Shown here one piece after another: positions 29,618 through 32,000 of a stretch of 32,000 nucleotides of DNA; the stretch's first letter is position 1; every line of letters begins with the position of its first letter. A program made the position numbers and the translations under genes. Source of the DNA: Sulfolobus acidocaldarius DSM 639 (GTDB taxonomy: Archaea; Thermoproteota; Thermoprotei_A; Sulfolobales; Sulfolobaceae); contig NC_007181.1 in NCBI RefSeq assembly GCF_000012285.1, positions 240,001 to 272,000 of the forward strand. Direction: 5' to 3'. The notes under the pieces are model-generated. The model was not told the DNA's origin, made no database searches, and saw nothing but the letters and a program-made list of their open reading frames with translations.

Positions 29618-30802
29618 GTGGAGTTTGATGTTATAGTTATAGGAGCAGGACCAGCAGGATCAGCTGCTGCTCTTACTGCAGCAAAAGGAGGAGCTAAAGT
29701 ACTTCTCCTGGAAAAGGGACCTGAACCAGGATCAAAAAATGTCTCCGGAGCGATGATAAGGACAGAGGAAATCGCAAAAGTATTTGATACATCATCAATG
29801 CCATTTGAGAGAAAAGTGAAAAATGTTGATTTAATATTCATGGACTCTACAGGGAAAGTGAGAATCAGTGTAGATATATCATCAGGTCTAATAAACGTAG
29901 GTAGACTTAAGCTCGATAAATGGATGGCTCAACAAGCTGAGAAAGCTGGTGCAGTTTTAGTGACTAAGACCACTGCTTTGGGTGTAGAAAAAGATGGTGA
30001 AAAGTACAAAGTAGTTACTGACAGGGGAAGTATTAGTGGAAGCAAGGTTGTTTTAGCTGAAGGAGTTAATGCGTTAATTTCCATGGGAATGAAAATTAGA
30101 CCTGATCTAGAGCCTGAACATTCAGTTCAAGCTGTAAAGGAAGTATACAATTTGAATAAGGACGAAATAAATAAGAGGTTAGGATTTAAGAGCGATGAAG
30201 AGGGTTCCAGCTGGAGAATATTTGGCACTAACCCAGTTCCTTATGCTGGATTCCTTTACACATACAAGGACGCTATTGCAATAGGTGTAGGTATTCCAAT
30301 GTCTATACTAATAAAGAAGAAGATCTCTCCTTACACAGTATTGGATGAACTTAAAGAGAGACTAGGAATTAATGAACTTGTTAAAGGCGGGTCTCTTAGG
30401 GAGTATTCTGCAAAAGTCATACCAGAACAGGGATTCCCTTCATATAGAGCCTGTTCTGGTAAAATATACCTCGCAGGTGACTCCATAGGTTTAATTAACG
30501 CATTAACATTCAATGGCATAGGACCGGCAGTTATTTCTGGATCTATAGCAGGTAAAGCGGCTCTAGAGGGATATGAGTGTTTCAAGTACGAAGAAGAGCT
30601 TATGAAAGACAAGGAGATTAAAGGAGTTGTAAAGGCTAGACCTCTGATACAAGAGTTAACTAAGGAAGAGAACTTGAACTATTATGTAAACTTCCTGGGG
30701 GATGCACTTCATTCATGGGCTTATGGTTCCCTTTCCCTTAATTTAGATATGCCCAGACTTATTAAACACTTAATGTTAGGTATGGGGGTGTTAAAAGCAT
30801 GA
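29618..30802 (+). CDS. fixC: FixC-like FAD-dependent oxidoreductase, module 2
   Basis: DVIVIGAGPAGSAAALTAAKGGAKVLLLEKG followed by NVSGA. GTG start 3 nt after the fused ETF stop. Confidence 0.85.
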   Translation: MEFDVIVIGAGPAGSAAALTAAKGGAKVLLLEKGPEPGSKNVSGAMIRTEEIAKVFDTSSMPFERKVKNVDLIFMDSTGKVRISVDISSGLINVGRLKLDKWMAQQAEKAGAVLVTKTTALGVEKDGEKYKVVTDRGSISGSKVVLAEGVNALISMGMKIRPDLEPEHSVQAVKEVYNLNKDEINKRLGFKSDEEGSSWRIFGTNPVPYAGFLYTYKDAIAIGVGIPMSILIKKKISPYTVLDELKERLGINELVKGGSLREYSAKVIPEQGFPSYRACSGKIYLAGDSIGLINALTFNGIGPAVISGSIAGKAALEGYECFKYEEELMKDKEIKGVVKARPLIQELTKEENLNYYVNFLGDALHSWAYGSLSLNLDMPRLIKHLMLGMGVLKA

Positions 30803-31089
30803 GAATTGAGGAAAGGTTATATACTTTAAGATATAAGAGAGACGAAAAACCACACTTATCAATAATTGAGCCCAATAAGTGTCAAAAGTGTGCTGAAATT
30901 AATGGAGTACCTGAACCATGTATCGTTGTTTGCCCAGCAAATGTGTACTCATGGGTAGACAACAATAGAATAGTAGTATCCTATGAGAACTGTGTTGAGT
31001 GCGGAGCCTGTAGAATAGCATGTCCATTCGATAATATTTCCTGGAAGTATCCAAGATATGGTCTCGGAGTAGCATTTAGATATGGGTAA
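30799..31089 (+). CDS. fixX: FixX-like ferredoxin, module 2
   Basis: CQKC...CIVVCP and CVECGACRIACP cysteine motifs with a C-terminal AFRYG. ATGA overlap with fixC. Confidence 0.85.
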   Translation: MRIEERLYTLRYKRDEKPHLSIIEPNKCQKCAEINGVPEPCIVVCPANVYSWVDNNRIVVSYENCVECGACRIACPFDNISWKYPRYGLGVAFRYG

Positions 31090-31191
31090 CAACGAGATAT
31101 AAAAGACAAGTTTAATGATGTTTTTATTTAATTTATTTTAAACGTTCTAACCCCTTTGCTTTAAAACTAATATTTTATTCCTCTACGCGTT

Positions 31192-31959
31192 TTAGAGATC
31201 GATTCTTTCGGGGTGAGTATACACATTAAAGCTATTCCCTCTGACAAAACCAACAAGTGTTGCACCTGCGTCCTCTGCAATTTCTATAGCTTTACTCGTT
31301 GGTGCTGAAATACCGCTTATAATCGGAATTCCTGCTTTTATTGCCTTACTTACAATTTCATAACCTATTCTACCACTAACCTGAAGTATACCTTCAGTGA
31401 AAGGAAGTCGCCTCTTGTGGATTAAACTTCCTATTATCTTATCAACAGCGTTATGTCTCCCTACGTCTTCATATATACTTATTAATTCTCCACTAAGTGT
31501 AAACAGAGCAGCTGCGTGTAAACCACCAGTAATATTAAATACTCCCTGATTACTCCTCAGTTTCTCAGGAAGGGAAATAATAACCTCATTACTGGTCTTT
31601 GCGTCAGATTTTAGTAATTCAATAGCATTAAGAAAGCCTCTACCACAGATTCCACAACTAGAGTTAATAACAAAATTTCTCGTCTCTACAAATTTACCAT
31701 TGGTTAGCCTTACATGTATTTCGTTATCAGATAGCATACTGATTTCTTCAACATCCCTTAAACTATTAATGTAATCCTCGTAATAGAGAAACCCTAACGT
31801 GAGCTCTAAGTCATTACCAGGAGTCCTCATTATTATGGCTAAATTTTTTTCGTTTACAAAAATTTGAAGGGGCTCCTCAACAGCCACAAAATCCTCGGAA
31901 CTGGCTCTGTAACCGTCCTTAACCTTACTGATCTTGACTTTCCTTATTTGCACTACCAA
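31192..31959 (-). CDS. fdhD: FdhD-type sulfurtransferase (formate dehydrogenase/molybdoenzyme accessory protein)
   Basis: SSCGICG catalytic Cys loop, GGLHAAAL, GRHNAVDK and ISGISAPTS are FdhD family motifs. TTG start (GTG 6 nt downstream is an alternative). Confidence 0.85.
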   Translation of the reverse strand: MVVQIRKVKISKVKDGYRASSEDFVAVEEPLQIFVNEKNLAIIMRTPGNDLELTLGFLYYEDYINSLRDVEEISMLSDNEIHVRLTNGKFVETRNFVINSSCGICGRGFLNAIELLKSDAKTSNEVIISLPEKLRSNQGVFNITGGLHAAALFTLSGELISIYEDVGRHNAVDKIIGSLIHKRRLPFTEGILQVSGRIGYEIVSKAIKAGIPIISGISAPTSKAIEIAEDAGATLVGFVRGNSFNVYTHPERIDL

Positions 31960-32000
31960 TCGCCTTTAATAATTTCAACAACAAGTATAAGCCTCTCCTA

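Noticed and set aside
28219-29841. Three long antisense ORFs (28219-28629, 28864-29367, 29428-29841, minus strand) in the ORF track.
   Set aside because: They lie entirely opposite the well-supported fused ETF and fixC genes. Their Ser/Pro/Thr-rich low-complexity translations are typical of shadow ORFs.

Overview
AT-rich archaeal DNA. Gene content and promoter layout look like a thermoacidophilic Sulfolobaceae chromosome: many leaderless genes with an A/T-rich TATA-like box about 25-30 bp upstream of the start, frequent GTG/TTG starts, ATGA/GTGA start-stop overlaps, an archaeal NMN adenylyltransferase, an 'archaeal ATPase' paralog and an L-2-haloacid dehalogenase resembling the Sulfurisphaera tokodaii enzyme as I recall it. 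I support 37 protein-coding genes and found no rRNA, tRNA, CRISPR array, transposase or integrase. All family assignments come from motifs read in the translations; no database search was run. Main content: (i) a TauE/DUF1634 membrane operon; (ii) an orphan archaeal-ATPase gene between two unusually long non-coding regions, with a palindromic 22-bp repeat; (iii) two paralogous ETF-FixC-FixX electron-transfer modules about 20 kb apart, one split with an inverted fixX and one with a fused EtfB-EtfA; (iv) a tight lipoate-assembly cluster: LplA-type ligase, diverging from a stand-alone 82-aa lipoyl-domain protein, LipA and a Cys-Lys LipM/LipL-like transferase. I consider (iv) the best candidate for an undescribed system, namely a dedicated-carrier lipoyl relay; (v) acyl-CoA genes (Acs-like synthetase, CitE-like lyase, PaaI thioesterase), an SBP56 selenium-binding/methanethiol-oxidase homolog, a radical SAM/SPASM-like enzyme, GlcD-like flavoenzyme plus NMNAT, and FdhD.
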